A stretch of 41,177 nucleotides of DNA, taken from contig DAOTZV010000190.1 of the NCBI GenBank assembly GCA_034434235.1, positions 1 to 41,177 of the forward strand. Direction: 5' to 3'. Under the pieces are notes generated by a model. It had not been told where the DNA came from, did not search any database, and was given only the letters and a program-made list of their open reading frames with translations. The DNA comes from Anaerolineae bacterium (GTDB lineage: Bacteria; Chloroflexota; Anaerolineae; CG2-30-64-16). Shown here piece by piece: positions 18,799 through 27,651 of the stretch. The position numbers and the translations under genes were made by a program. How positions within the stretch are numbered: the first letter of the stretch is position 1; every line of letters begins with the position of its first letter.

Positions 18799-19135
18799 AA
18801 AATCAAAAGCGCGCACTTCGTCGTCGGGGACGAAGTGCGCGCATGCGAACTCCGCGGTACCACCCTGCTTCCTCCGCCTGGCGGAGGCTCCTCGGCCCGG
18901 CGGCCCGGTTCGACGGGCTTACCGGCGGCCCTGCTAACGGCGGGCTTCCGGGACGAACTACTTTGCCGAACGCGACGTCCGGTGTTCACCCGTCCGGCTC
19001 GAGAGGGAACTTCGCGCGGGCCGTATGTCGGTCGGGCTTGCAGCCTCGCGCAAGTGCGAGGCCCGACCTCTCTGAAGACCTTTGTCCCGCCTACTTTCCT
19101 CCGTCATCGCCTTTGCGGTACGGTATGTCGTTGTT
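18799..19135 (-). promoter_or_regulatory. T-box riboswitch leader (probable Phe specificity) upstream of pheST, minus strand
   Basis: Minus-strand transcript contains AGGGUGGUACCGCGG (plus strand CGCGGTACCACCCT at 18854-18867). An AGAGAG motif is near its 5' end and a UUC-containing candidate specifier (GAAGUUCC) is present. Terminator GCGCGCACTTCGTC/GACGAAGTGCGCGC followed by TTTTGATTTT (plus-strand 18799-18842) lies just before the pheS RBS. Confidence 0.6.
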
Positions 19136-19142
19136 GGGTCGG

Positions 19143-19172
19143 ATGATACCGCAAGAAGCGGCGCCTGTCAAA
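19143..19172 (-). promoter_or_regulatory. Sigma70 promoter TTGACA-17-TATCAT (minus strand) for the pheST T-box leader
   Basis: Reverse complement of 19143-19172 reads TTGACAGGCGCCGCTTCTTGCGGTATCAT. Only ~22 nt downstream of the purH stop. Confidence 0.55.
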
Positions 19173-19194
19173 TCACCGCAAAAGCGGCCGGATG

Positions 19195-20709
19195 TCAATG
19201 CCGAAAATGGCGTTCACCGGTGAAGATCATGGCCATGCCCGCCCGATCGGCCGCCGCGATGACCTCTTCATCGCGCAACGAGCCGCCCGGCTGGATGCAG
19301 GCCGTCACGCCGGCCGCGGCCGCCGCTTCGATGCCGTCGGCAAAGGGGAAGAACGCGTCCGAGCCCATCACCGCGCCGCGCGCACGTTCGCCGGCCCGCC
19401 GCGCGGCCAGGTAGACGGCATCCACGCGATTCATCTGCCCCGCGCCCACGCCCACCGTCGCCGTGCCCTGCGCGAAGACGATCGCGTTCGACTTGACATG
19501 TTTGACCGCCAGCCAGGCGAACGCCAGGCTGCGGCGCTCGGCCTCGGTCGGCGGCCGCCGGGTGACCACCTTCCAGGTGGATTCGTCCACCCCGCGGTCA
19601 TCGGGGGTTTGCGCCAGGAGCCCGGCCGCCACCGAGCGCAAGACCAGCCCATCGGCCGCGGCCGACCTCGCCTTCATCACCCGGCAGTTCTTCTTGTGGA
19701 CGGCCAGCCAATCCAGCGCCTCGGCCGTGAAGTCGGGCGCGGCCAACACCTCGACGAAAAGCCCGCCGAGCTCCTGGACGAAGCTCAGGTCCACCGGCCG
19801 GTTGGTCGCGATGATCGAACCGAACGCCGACACCGGGTCGCAGGCCAGCGCCAGACGATACGCCTCGACCAACGTCTCGGCGGTCGCCAGTCCGCTCGGG
19901 TTGGTATGCTTGATGATGGCAACGGCCGGCTCGCGAAACTCCTGGGGCATAGCCCAGGCCGCGTCCAGATCCACCAGGTTGTTATAGCTCAGCTCCTTGC
20001 CCTGGAGCTGCTCGAACGCCGGCGCCGCGGCACTCCAACGATAGAGCGCGGCCCGCTGATGCGGGTTCTCGCCGTAGCGGAGCGTCTGGACGCGCTCGGC
20101 CGCCAGGAGGAGGGTGGCGGGGAATTCCTCGTCCTTCCCCAGCCACGTCGCGATCGCGGCGTCGTAGGCGGCGGTATGGCGAAACGCCTTGAGCGCCAGC
20201 CGACGGCGCATGAGCAAAGCGTCGCCGGCATCCGGCCGGCGCAGTGCGTCCAGCACCGCGGGGTAGTCGGCCGGGTCGCACACTGCGAACACCGACTCGA
20301 AGTTCTTGGCCGCGGCGCGCAGGAGCGTCACCCCGCCGATGTCTATTTCCTCCACCGCCTCGGCCTCGGTCACGTCGGGCCGGGCCACGGTGGCCGCGAA
20401 CGGGTAGAGGTTGCACGCCACCAGATCCACCGCCGCGATGCCGTGGTCGGCCAGCTCGGCCAGGTGCTCGGCCGTGCGACGGGCCAGGATGCCGCCGTGG
20501 ATGGCCGGATGCAGCGTCTTCACGCGGCCGCCGAGGATCTCCGGGTGGCCGGTGACCTGTTCGACCGGCATGACCGGCAGGCCCGCGGTGCTCAAGGCCC
20601 GGGCCGTGCCGCCCGAAGCCACCAGCTCGAAGCCCAGCTCGACCAGCCCGCGCGCGAACTCGATCAGGCCGGCCTTGTCGTATACGCTCAGGATAGCTCG
20701 TCGTGTCAT
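19195..20709 (-). CDS. purH: Bifunctional AICAR transformylase / IMP cyclohydrolase
   Basis: 504 aa. MGS-like N-terminus [15 protein letters not shown] and a C-terminal AICARFT domain. Confidence 0.95.
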   Translation of the reverse strand: MTRRAILSVYDKAGLIEFARGLVELGFELVASGGTARALSTAGLPVMPVEQVTGHPEILGGRVKTLHPAIHGGILARRTAEHLAELADHGIAAVDLVACNLYPFAATVARPDVTEAEAVEEIDIGGVTLLRAAAKNFESVFAVCDPADYPAVLDALRRPDAGDALLMRRRLALKAFRHTAAYDAAIATWLGKDEEFPATLLLAAERVQTLRYGENPHQRAALYRWSAAAPAFEQLQGKELSYNNLVDLDAAWAMPQEFREPAVAIIKHTNPSGLATAETLVEAYRLALACDPVSAFGSIIATNRPVDLSFVQELGGLFVEVLAAPDFTAEALDWLAVHKKNCRVMKARSAAADGLVLRSVAAGLLAQTPDDRGVDESTWKVVTRRPPTEAERRSLAFAWLAVKHVKSNAIVFAQGTATVGVGAGQMNRVDAVYLAARRAGERARGAVMGSDAFFPFADGIEAAAAAGVTACIQPGGSLRDEEVIAAADRAGMAMIFTGERHFRH

Positions 20710-20880
20710 AAAGTGATCCTTTCCTTCTTGATGAATGGGCGACGCTTACGTGCCAGGCATCTTGCAGAGTGCCTGGCACGTGACGGCGATTTGAGGCTCC
20801 CAGCCGGTCTGTGACCGGTGTCGTCGGCATGCCAGCACGGTTTGGACGGCCACACGGGGTCACAGACCACAGGCATCCAG
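20710..20880 (-). promoter_or_regulatory. Structured purH 5' leader; candidate riboswitch (possibly ZTP/pfl-like), unverified
   Basis: Minus-strand leader has a perfect 11-bp helix GGUCUGUGACC...GGUCACAGACC, then GGCUGGGAGCC, then a perfect 11-bp hairpin CGUGCCAGGCA-loop-UGCCUGGCACG ~35 nt before the RBS. purH is the classic ZTP-riboswitch target. The motif match is from imperfect memory of the consensus. Confidence 0.3.
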
Positions 20881-20920
20881 CTAACGGCCAGGAAGCGTCC
20901 GCCGGAGGCTGAAGCCGTCC

Positions 20921-20991
20921 GGCTACGAGGTGGAAGCCCCCTCAAGGGGGCTGCATCCCAGGGCGGTTTACCGCCCTTCCACCTGGTAGCC
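20921..20991. other. Compact three-way-junction RNA-like element (outer helix GGCUAC/GUAGCC, inner helix GAGGUGGAAG/CUUCCACCU, two perfect hairpins)
   Basis: GGCTACGAGGTGGAAGCCCCCTCAAGGGGGCTGCATCCCAGGGCGGTTTACCGCCCTTCCACCTGGTAGCC. Nesting read directly from the sequence; strand and function unknown. Confidence 0.3.
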
Positions 20992-21082
20992 CGCCGCTTT
21001 AGCGACGGGCGGACTGCGACGACGAGCCTTGCCTTGGCCGCTGGGCGTTCGCCCCGGCCGCCTCCGCCGGAGGCTGAAGCTA

Positions 21083-21110
21083 TTGCCGGAATAATTTATT
21101 AATCTACAAT
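21083..21110 (+). promoter_or_regulatory. AT-rich promoter-like TTGCCG-16-TACAAT immediately upstream of the 56-bp tandem repeat
   Basis: Read directly in a sharply AT-rich patch (GGAATAATTTATTAATCTACAAT). Confidence 0.35.
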
Positions 21111-21230
21111 AGCTCGCATCCCACGGACGAGCTGAAGCTCGCCCTACTTCGCGTACTGCGAGCTTTAGCTCGCATCCCACGGACGAGCTGAAGCTCGCCC
21201 TACTTCGCGTACTGCGAGCTTTAGCTCGCA
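21111..21230. repeat. Perfect tandem duplication of a 56-bp hairpin-containing unit (2 full copies + 8-bp partial third)
   Basis: Units at 21111-21166 and 21167-21222 are identical: AGCTCGCATCCCACGGACGAGCTGAAGCTCGCCCTACTTCGCGTACTGCGAGCTTT. Each has terminal inverted arms AGCTCGCA/TGCGAGCT and ends in TTT. Confidence 0.9.
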
Positions 21231-21335
21231 ACCGACGGTAGGAAATTATAGTGCAAAAGGTCGCTGCCAACAACCTGCCGACCCCAGCTTCCAGGGTCCC
21301 ATCCCATTTGCATGGCCGGCCGATGATCGGCTACA

Positions 21336-21929
21336 ATGAGGTTCCGACGAAAAGGAGATCGCTTGAACGCTCACGACTTACCGACCACCCCTGTTTCTGA
21401 CGGTTCGCCGACAGCGGCCGAAGTGCTCTGCCTGGCGTGCGGCTTCTGCTGCGACGGCACGTTGCACACCAATACGATCTTGTTGCCGGCGGAGGTGGAA
21501 GCCACTGCGGCGCTCGGCATGACCATCGAGCATCGCGCAGGCCGGCCTGTCTTCAACCAGCCGTGCGCCATGTTTCGCGACGGCCACTGCACGATCTACG
21601 CGCGGCGGCCGCAGACCTGTCGGCATTACGAGTGCGCCCTGCTGAAGCGCCTGCTGGCGGGCGAGATCGCCCTTCTCCAGGCGCTGCGCGTGGTGCGGAT
21701 CGCGCAGGAACAACTGGCCGTGTGGCGCAGCCGGGTGCCCGCTGCGCGCTCGTTCATGTGCTGGCTGAAGGAACTCGAGGCGAGCGCGGCTTCGAGCGGA
21801 GAGGACGCTTCGCTGGCGCAGGCCGTGCTCGCCGACGCGACCCTGTCCGATCACGCGGCCGCGCTGCTGATCTATCTCACCAAGCACTTCGGCGCGAACG
21901 AGGATGCGAACGAGTCGAATTCGGCTTGA
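21336..21929 (+). CDS. YkgJ-family CxxCxxCC cysteine-cluster (putative Zn/Fe-chelating) protein
   Basis: CLACGFCCDG ... QPCAMFRDGHCTIYARRPQTCRHYEC. The true start is probably the TTG at 21363 (AAGGAG RBS at 21352-21357); the track ORF begins at an upstream ATG. Confidence 0.7.
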   Translation: MRFRRKGDRLNAHDLPTTPVSDGSPTAAEVLCLACGFCCDGTLHTNTILLPAEVEATAALGMTIEHRAGRPVFNQPCAMFRDGHCTIYARRPQTCRHYECALLKRLLAGEIALLQALRVVRIAQEQLAVWRSRVPAARSFMCWLKELEASAASSGEDASLAQAVLADATLSDHAAALLIYLTKHFGANEDANESNSA

Positions 21930-22034
21930 CAATTTGCCGCGGGTGTGATAAAAAGCAAATTGCTGCTACCGGTAGTCTTCGGCCGTTTTCTTTTTTGGTT
22001 CTCCCAAAATCGTTTTTGCGCAGGCAGGCCAGAC

Positions 22035-23060
22035 ATGGTGGTCGGGATCAAAGACATCGCAGCCCATTTGGGACTCTCGACTTCGACGGTTTCGCGGGCA
22101 CTCAACGACTACGACGACGTCGCCCCGGAAACCGTGCGCCGTGTCCGGCAGGCCGCCCAGGAGTTGGGCTATACCCCCAGCGCATCGGCGCGCAATCTGC
22201 GTCGGCAACGCACCGACAAGATCGGCCTGGCCCTGTTATATGGCTCTGCCTATACCACCTTCAACGAGTTTTTCGCCGAGTTGATCCGCCTGGTGGCCGC
22301 GGCAGCCGAAAAGCGCGAGTACAACCTGGTGCTCTACACGGGCATGGGCGAGGACCCGTGTCGGCTGACGCGCATCGCGCAGAGCCGCGAAGTGGATGGC
22401 CTGCTCCTGATGGGCGATGTCCCCGGCCTGGATCGCGCCATCCAGAGCCTCCTCGTCGTCGGGATGCCGCTGGTCGTGCTCGGCCGGCCGGTCAACGATC
22501 CGCAGGTGAACTATGTGACGCCCGACACCCTCCAGGCCGCGCGGCTGGCGATCGGCCACCTGGTCGAACTGGGGCATCGCCGGATCGGCTACATCTCGTT
22601 CGTGCCCGCCTCGCGCTACAGCCAGAATCGTTGCATGGCTTATCGGATCGCGCTGGAAGAGAACGGCCTGGCGTTCGACGAGCGGCTGATCGCCTACGCT
22701 TCGCTGGAGCCGGAAAGCAGCGCTCGCGCCCTGGATGCGCTGTTGGCCCTCGATGAGCCGCCGACCGCGGTCTACATGTTCAACGATCGCATGGCCATCG
22801 AGGTGCTGAGACATCTGGCCCGGCAGGGCATTCGCGTGCCGGATCAGATCTCCGTCGTCGGCTTTGATGATATCCGCTCTGCCAGCATGATCACGCCGGC
22901 GCTGACCACCCTCCGCCATCCGATCCCCGAGGTGGCCGAGCAGGCGGTCGGCATCCTGCTGGCGCACCGGTTCAACCCGACCGCAGCAGCCGTCCATCTC
23001 ACGCTGCCGGTCGAAATGGTGATTCGAGAATCCACCGCAGTTTGCAGGAGCACACGATGA
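22035..23060 (+). CDS. LacI family transcriptional regulator
   Basis: Start MVVGIKDIAAHLGLSTSTVSRALN (HTH) at 22035, followed by a periplasmic-binding-protein-like sugar-binding domain. Confidence 0.85.
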   Translation: MVVGIKDIAAHLGLSTSTVSRALNDYDDVAPETVRRVRQAAQELGYTPSASARNLRRQRTDKIGLALLYGSAYTTFNEFFAELIRLVAAAAEKREYNLVLYTGMGEDPCRLTRIAQSREVDGLLLMGDVPGLDRAIQSLLVVGMPLVVLGRPVNDPQVNYVTPDTLQAARLAIGHLVELGHRRIGYISFVPASRYSQNRCMAYRIALEENGLAFDERLIAYASLEPESSARALDALLALDEPPTAVYMFNDRMAIEVLRHLARQGIRVPDQISVVGFDDIRSASMITPALTTLRHPIPEVAEQAVGILLAHRFNPTAAAVHLTLPVEMVIRESTAVCRSTR

Positions 23061-23272
23061 TTCGCGTCGAAGCCGGTGGTTCGTTGCGCACGTATATCGC
23101 GCCGCAAACCACCCTGGACGGGGTCGCTTCGGTCGGCGAAGCAATCCAGAAACTGCATCTGCCGGCCGACGTGGCCCTCATCATCACGGTCAACGGTCGC
23201 ATTGCCCATTGGACGACCCCCCTCCACGATGGCGATGTGTTGCAGCTTTTCCCGACCATCGGTGGGGGATGA
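23057..23272 (+). CDS. MoaD/ThiS-like small sulfur-carrier-type protein (C-terminal GGG)
   Basis: 71 aa, MIRVEAGG...LFPTIGGG. ATG overlaps the LacI stop (ATGA), GCAGGAG RBS. Sits directly upstream of the AOR gene. Confidence 0.55.
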   Translation: MIRVEAGGSLRTYIAPQTTLDGVASVGEAIQKLHLPADVALIITVNGRIAHWTTPLHDGDVLQLFPTIGGG

Positions 23273-23357
23273 GATGGCCAGCCACCAGCAAGGACAATCC
23301 AAAGCAACAAGCACTCCCACAGTCTAATAGCATCCAAACACAGCAAAGAGGTGAATC

Positions 23358-25271
23358 ATGAGCGTCGGAGCAACCTGGGGCAAGATCCTGCACGTGGATC
23401 TGACCGAACGAAAGACATGGGTCGAGACCCCGCCGGATGAGCTGTATCTCAAACTGGTCGGCGGCCGCGCCCTCGAGGCATATCTTCTCCTGCGCGACCT
23501 GCCGGTCGGCGCCGATCCTCTGGGGCCGGAGAATCTGTTGATCTTCGCGCCGGGCGTCTTTCAGGGCACCAACCTGCCGGGCGCCGGCCGCCACAGCGTG
23601 GGCGCCAAGAGCCCGCTGACGGGTGCCATCGGCAGCTCGGAGGCGGGCGGCTGGTGGGGCCACGAGTTCAAGCGCGCGGGCTGGGACGCGCTGGTCGTCC
23701 ACGGCCGGGCCGATTCGCCCGTCTATCTGTGGATCAACGACGACCAGGTCGAGATCCGGCCGGCCGACCATCTGTGGGGCCGCGACGTGGCCGATGTCGA
23801 AAACGCCATTCGCGCGGAGCTCAACGAGCCCCGGCTGCGGGTGGCCCAATGCGGCATCGCCGGCGAGAACCTGGTCCTGATGGCCAATGTCATCAACGAC
23901 AACAATCGGGCGGCCGGCCGCAACGGCCTGGGCGCGGTGATGGGCAGCAAGAAGCTCAAGGCGGTGGCCGTGCGCGGCACCAAGAACGTGCCGGTCGCCG
24001 ACCGCAAGCGCCTGACCGAGCTGTCCAAGTGGTTGGGCGAGAATTACAAGACCCTGGCGGCCTGGGCGCACGAAAAGGGCACGCCGGGCGGCCTGACGGG
24101 CCTCAACCGGGTCAGCGCGCTGCCCACGCGCAACTTCCAGGATCCCGAGTTTCCCGACGCCGAAAGCATCGGCTGGGAGACGCTGCACACCAGCATCCTC
24201 ATCGGCCGCGATACCTGCCAGGCATGCCCCATCGAATGCAAGCAGGTCGTCTCTTACGACGGCGAGGACTTCCCCGACTCGCCCGCCTTCAAGACCCAGG
24301 TGAAGGACCTGGTCAAGATAGATAAGGTCTACGGCGGCCCGGAGTACGAGACCCTCGGCTCCTACGGCAGCACCTGCGGCGTGAACGACATCGTGGCCGT
24401 CTCCAAGGCCAACGAGTGGTCGGCGCGCTGGGGACTCGACCCGATCAGCACCGGCATGACCATCGCGTTCGTCATGGAGTGCGTGGAGCACGGCCTGTTG
24501 ACCGCCGAGATGACGGGCGGCTTCCTGCCGCGCTGGGGCAACGCCAGGGACATGCTCGAGGCGGTGGACATGATCGCCCATCGCCGCGGCTTCGGCGACA
24601 AGATGGCCATGGGCTCCAAGCGGCTGGCGCAATGGATCGGCAAGGGCGCGGAAGAGCACCTGGTGGAGGTCAAAGGCCAGGAGCTGCCGATGCACGAGCC
24701 GCGCTACAAGGCCGCGCTGGGCATCGGCTACGCAGTCGCACCGGTGGGCGCCGATCACATGATGAACATCCACGACTCGGGCTATGCCACGCCGGGGCGG
24801 AGCCTGGAGCGCGTCAACACCGTGTACAAGGTGGGCCCCATGCCGTCCACCGAGTTGAGCACGGAGAAGATGACCCTCTTCTACTACGAGGTCAACTGGC
24901 AGCACTTCCAGGACTGCGCCATCTGCTGCATGTTCTATCCTTACGACTACATCCAACTGGCCGAAGCGCTCAGCGCCATGACGGGCCACGAATACAAGCC
25001 GCTGGACATCCTGGCGGTCGGCGAGCGCGCGCAGCAATTGTGTCGGCTCTTCAACCTGCGCGAGGGCTTCACCGAGAAGGACGACCGGCTGCCGAAGCGG
25101 GTGATGCAGGCGTTCAAGACGGGGCCGCTGGCCGGCGTCGAGATCACCGAGGAGGCGTTCTACCGCTCGCGCCAGACCTGGTACAGCCTGATGGGCTGGA
25201 CGCCCGAAGGGGTGCCCACCCAGGAACGGCTGGCGCAGTTGGGACTGACGGAACTGCTGGAAACGAAATAG
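23358..25271 (+). CDS. Aldehyde:ferredoxin oxidoreductase family (tungsten/molybdopterin-dependent AOR)
   Basis: 637 aa. AOR N-terminal domain (LHVDLTERKTW...GGRALEAYLL) and the 4Fe-4S cysteine motif DTCQACPIECKQ. Length is typical of the AOR family. Confidence 0.9.
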   Translation: MSVGATWGKILHVDLTERKTWVETPPDELYLKLVGGRALEAYLLLRDLPVGADPLGPENLLIFAPGVFQGTNLPGAGRHSVGAKSPLTGAIGSSEAGGWWGHEFKRAGWDALVVHGRADSPVYLWINDDQVEIRPADHLWGRDVADVENAIRAELNEPRLRVAQCGIAGENLVLMANVINDNNRAAGRNGLGAVMGSKKLKAVAVRGTKNVPVADRKRLTELSKWLGENYKTLAAWAHEKGTPGGLTGLNRVSALPTRNFQDPEFPDAESIGWETLHTSILIGRDTCQACPIECKQVVSYDGEDFPDSPAFKTQVKDLVKIDKVYGGPEYETLGSYGSTCGVNDIVAVSKANEWSARWGLDPISTGMTIAFVMECVEHGLLTAEMTGGFLPRWGNARDMLEAVDMIAHRRGFGDKMAMGSKRLAQWIGKGAEEHLVEVKGQELPMHEPRYKAALGIGYAVAPVGADHMMNIHDSGYATPGRSLERVNTVYKVGPMPSTELSTEKMTLFYYEVNWQHFQDCAICCMFYPYDYIQLAEALSAMTGHEYKPLDILAVGERAQQLCRLFNLREGFTEKDDRLPKRVMQAFKTGPLAGVEITEEAFYRSRQTWYSLMGWTPEGVPTQERLAQLGLTELLETK

Positions 25272-25277
25272 TCGGCC

Positions 25278-26753
25278 ATGCGTATCTTGAACCAGGACGT
25301 GTTGGCGTCGCACGGCAACGTGGCCGGACGCAGGGCCCTCGTCGAGATCCTGGAGGCGGGGCTGGAGGCGGCCGACCCGTATCACAACACCCGCCGCCTC
25401 CTCCGCCGGGAGGGCCACTGGCTGATCGTCGGCGGCCGCGACTTCGAGCCCGCCGGCGATCCGCAGGCCGGCGATGAAATCATCAACCTGGATGAGGTGG
25501 ATCGCATCTTCGTCTTCGGCGCCGGCAAGGGCGTGCAGCGGATCGCCAAAGCCATCGAGGATGTGCTGGGCGAGCGGCTGGCCGGCGGCCACGTGATCGC
25601 CAAGCACGGCGACGAGACGATCTGCGAACGGATCGGGGTGACGCACGGCGCGCATCCCGTGCCCGACGAGGGATGTGTCCTCGGATGTCAGCGCATTTGG
25701 GAGTGGTGCCGCAACCCGGATGGCTCGCCCAGGTTGAGCGACCGCGACCTGGTATTCACGATCAGCACGAACGGCGTCTCGGCCCTGTTGACGTGGCCAT
25801 CCGCGGGCATCAGCATCGAGGATGTGCGCCGGCTCACCTACATGATGCAGATCGAGCGGGGCGTGCCCACCGGCGATCTGAACCCGATCCGCAATCACAT
25901 AGATCGGATGAAGGGAGGACGTCTCACCCGCTACCTTCAGCCGGCGCGGGCGATTCACATCATCGGGATCGATCCGGGCTCGTACCGCCAGTTGATCTAC
26001 CGCAATCTGTGGTTGCACAACCTGCCCGATTGCACCACCTTCGCCGACGCGCAGGCGATGTTGCGCAAATGGGATGCCTACGATGAGGCGCCGCCGGCCA
26101 TCCGGGTGCACATCGAACGGGCCGATCCGGCGGAAGAAACGGTGAAGGCGGCCGAGTTTCTCCGCTGGCGCTCGCGCATCTTCGGGGTCATGCCGCACCA
26201 TCTGAGCATGATCCCCACCGCGCAGCGCAAGGCCGAGGAGTGCGGCTTCAGGGCGCTGTGGCTGGCGCACGACCTGCGGGGCGAGGCGAAGGACGTGGCC
26301 AAAGCCGTGGCCGCGGTGGCCCGATGCATCGAAACGATGGGCCAGCCGGTCGAGCCGCCGGTGGCACTCTTCAGCACCGGCGAGATCGTGGTCACGGTGG
26401 GCCAGGAACGCGGGATGGGCGGTCGCAACCAGGAGTATTGCGTCGCGGCCGCGCTGGAGATCGCCGGCAGCCGCCACATCCTGATGGCCGCGGTGGATTC
26501 CGACGGCACCGATGGCCCCGGCATTCAATTCAGCGAGCCGAAGCTGGACGGGGTCACCTGCCTGGCCGGCGGCATCGTGGACGGCGAGACCGCGCGCGAG
26601 GCCGGCGAGCGCGGGGTGAACCTGGTGGAGGCGCTCAAACATCACGACACGTCGCCGGCGCTCTATCGGCTCGACAGCGGCGTCATTGCAACGCAGAACA
26701 TCAGCATCGGCGATTTCGCGGTGACGCTGGTGACGGGAAGGCGGGAGCCGTGA
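25278..26753 (+). CDS. Glycerate 2-kinase, MOFRL family (DUF4147 + MOFRL domains)
   Basis: 491 aa. Domain order and motifs (FVFGAGKG, DSDGTDGP) are typical of GckA/TtuD-type glycerate-2-kinase and hydroxypyruvate reductase. Starts 6 nt after the AOR stop. Confidence 0.8.
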   Translation: MRILNQDVLASHGNVAGRRALVEILEAGLEAADPYHNTRRLLRREGHWLIVGGRDFEPAGDPQAGDEIINLDEVDRIFVFGAGKGVQRIAKAIEDVLGERLAGGHVIAKHGDETICERIGVTHGAHPVPDEGCVLGCQRIWEWCRNPDGSPRLSDRDLVFTISTNGVSALLTWPSAGISIEDVRRLTYMMQIERGVPTGDLNPIRNHIDRMKGGRLTRYLQPARAIHIIGIDPGSYRQLIYRNLWLHNLPDCTTFADAQAMLRKWDAYDEAPPAIRVHIERADPAEETVKAAEFLRWRSRIFGVMPHHLSMIPTAQRKAEECGFRALWLAHDLRGEAKDVAKAVAAVARCIETMGQPVEPPVALFSTGEIVVTVGQERGMGGRNQEYCVAAALEIAGSRHILMAAVDSDGTDGPGIQFSEPKLDGVTCLAGGIVDGETAREAGERGVNLVEALKHHDTSPALYRLDSGVIATQNISIGDFAVTLVTGRREP

Positions 26754-26802
26754 AGCATGAAACGTCAAACGTCAGGCGTCAGAGGGGAAATGAGGGGGAA
26801 TC

Positions 26803-27588
26803 ATGCGCAGGAATAGGTTTCGGGAGTTGCTGAAGGCCGGGAAACCGACGATCGGCACCCGGACGATCAGCGTGTGGCCGGAGCTGGTAGAGGTGGTCGG
26901 CCATACCGGCATGTTCGACTATGTGGAGTTCGTCGCGGAATACGGCGACTACGACCTGCACGACCTGGAGAACTACGCGCGAGCGGCCGAGCTGTTCGAC
27001 ATGTCGTGCATCATCAAGCCCGATCAGGCGAACCAGGCGTGGGTGGCCCAACGGGCCATCGGCGCCGGCTTCCAGGGCGTCAACTTCGTGGATTGCCGCA
27101 CGGCCGACGACGTGCGGGAGTGCGTGCGCATCGTCCGGCCCGAGACGCCGGACGACGGCGGCATCCACGGCTCGGCCCCGCGCCGCTTTGCGCTGATGGG
27201 CTACGGCGGATCGCCCGCCTATGTCCAGGCGCTGCGCGACGTGATCGTGATGATCATGATCGAAAAGAAACAGGCCGTGGAGCACCTGGAAGAGCTCCTT
27301 TCCGTGCCCGGGATAGATATGGTACAATGGGGGCCTTCGGACTATTCGATGAGCATCGGCCGCGGCGGCGAGCGCAACCATCCCGAAGTGAAGGCCGCGG
27401 AGAAGAAGGTGTTCGAGACGGCCCTGAAGATGGGCATCCCGCCTCGCGCCGAGATCAGCTCGGTGGACGACGCCAAACGCTACCTGGACATGGGCGTCCG
27501 CCATTTCAACCTGAACATGGACATCTACATCCTGTTCAATTACTGGAAGACGAACGGCGAGGCGCTGCGCAAGGCGGTGGAAGGATAA
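26803..27588 (+). CDS. HpcH/HpaI-family 2-keto-3-deoxy sugar-acid aldolase (class II pyruvate aldolase)
   Basis: 261 aa. Similar to YfaU/GarL/HpaI-type aldolases (TIGTRTISVWPELVE...MIMIEKKQAVEHLEELL). Confidence 0.8.
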   Translation: MRRNRFRELLKAGKPTIGTRTISVWPELVEVVGHTGMFDYVEFVAEYGDYDLHDLENYARAAELFDMSCIIKPDQANQAWVAQRAIGAGFQGVNFVDCRTADDVRECVRIVRPETPDDGGIHGSAPRRFALMGYGGSPAYVQALRDVIVMIMIEKKQAVEHLEELLSVPGIDMVQWGPSDYSMSIGRGGERNHPEVKAAEKKVFETALKMGIPPRAEISSVDDAKRYLDMGVRHFNLNMDIYILFNYWKTNGEALRKAVEG

Positions 27589-27651
27589 CATGAGCAGGCT
27601 CGCAGGCGGTCTGCGACCGCCGTCTTCCCGGATTGTTGAGACGATACGCAG

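Noticed and set aside
17691-18989. 432-aa extended PheS ORF and 299-aa extended TpiA ORF (13935-14834)
   Set aside because: The upstream extensions run through the T-box terminator or intergenic sequence. The conserved N-termini begin at 18776 (MYENLERL) and 14699 ([13 protein letters not shown]).
20880-21080. RNase P RNA, tmRNA, SRP RNA or 6S RNA in the structured purH upstream region
   Set aside because: I could not find the universally conserved RNase P P4 strands (AGGAAAGUCCGGGC / ACAGAACCCGGCUUA), a tmRNA tag frame with a CCA end, or the SRP domain-IV GGAAGCAGC-type motif. There are only loose resemblances.
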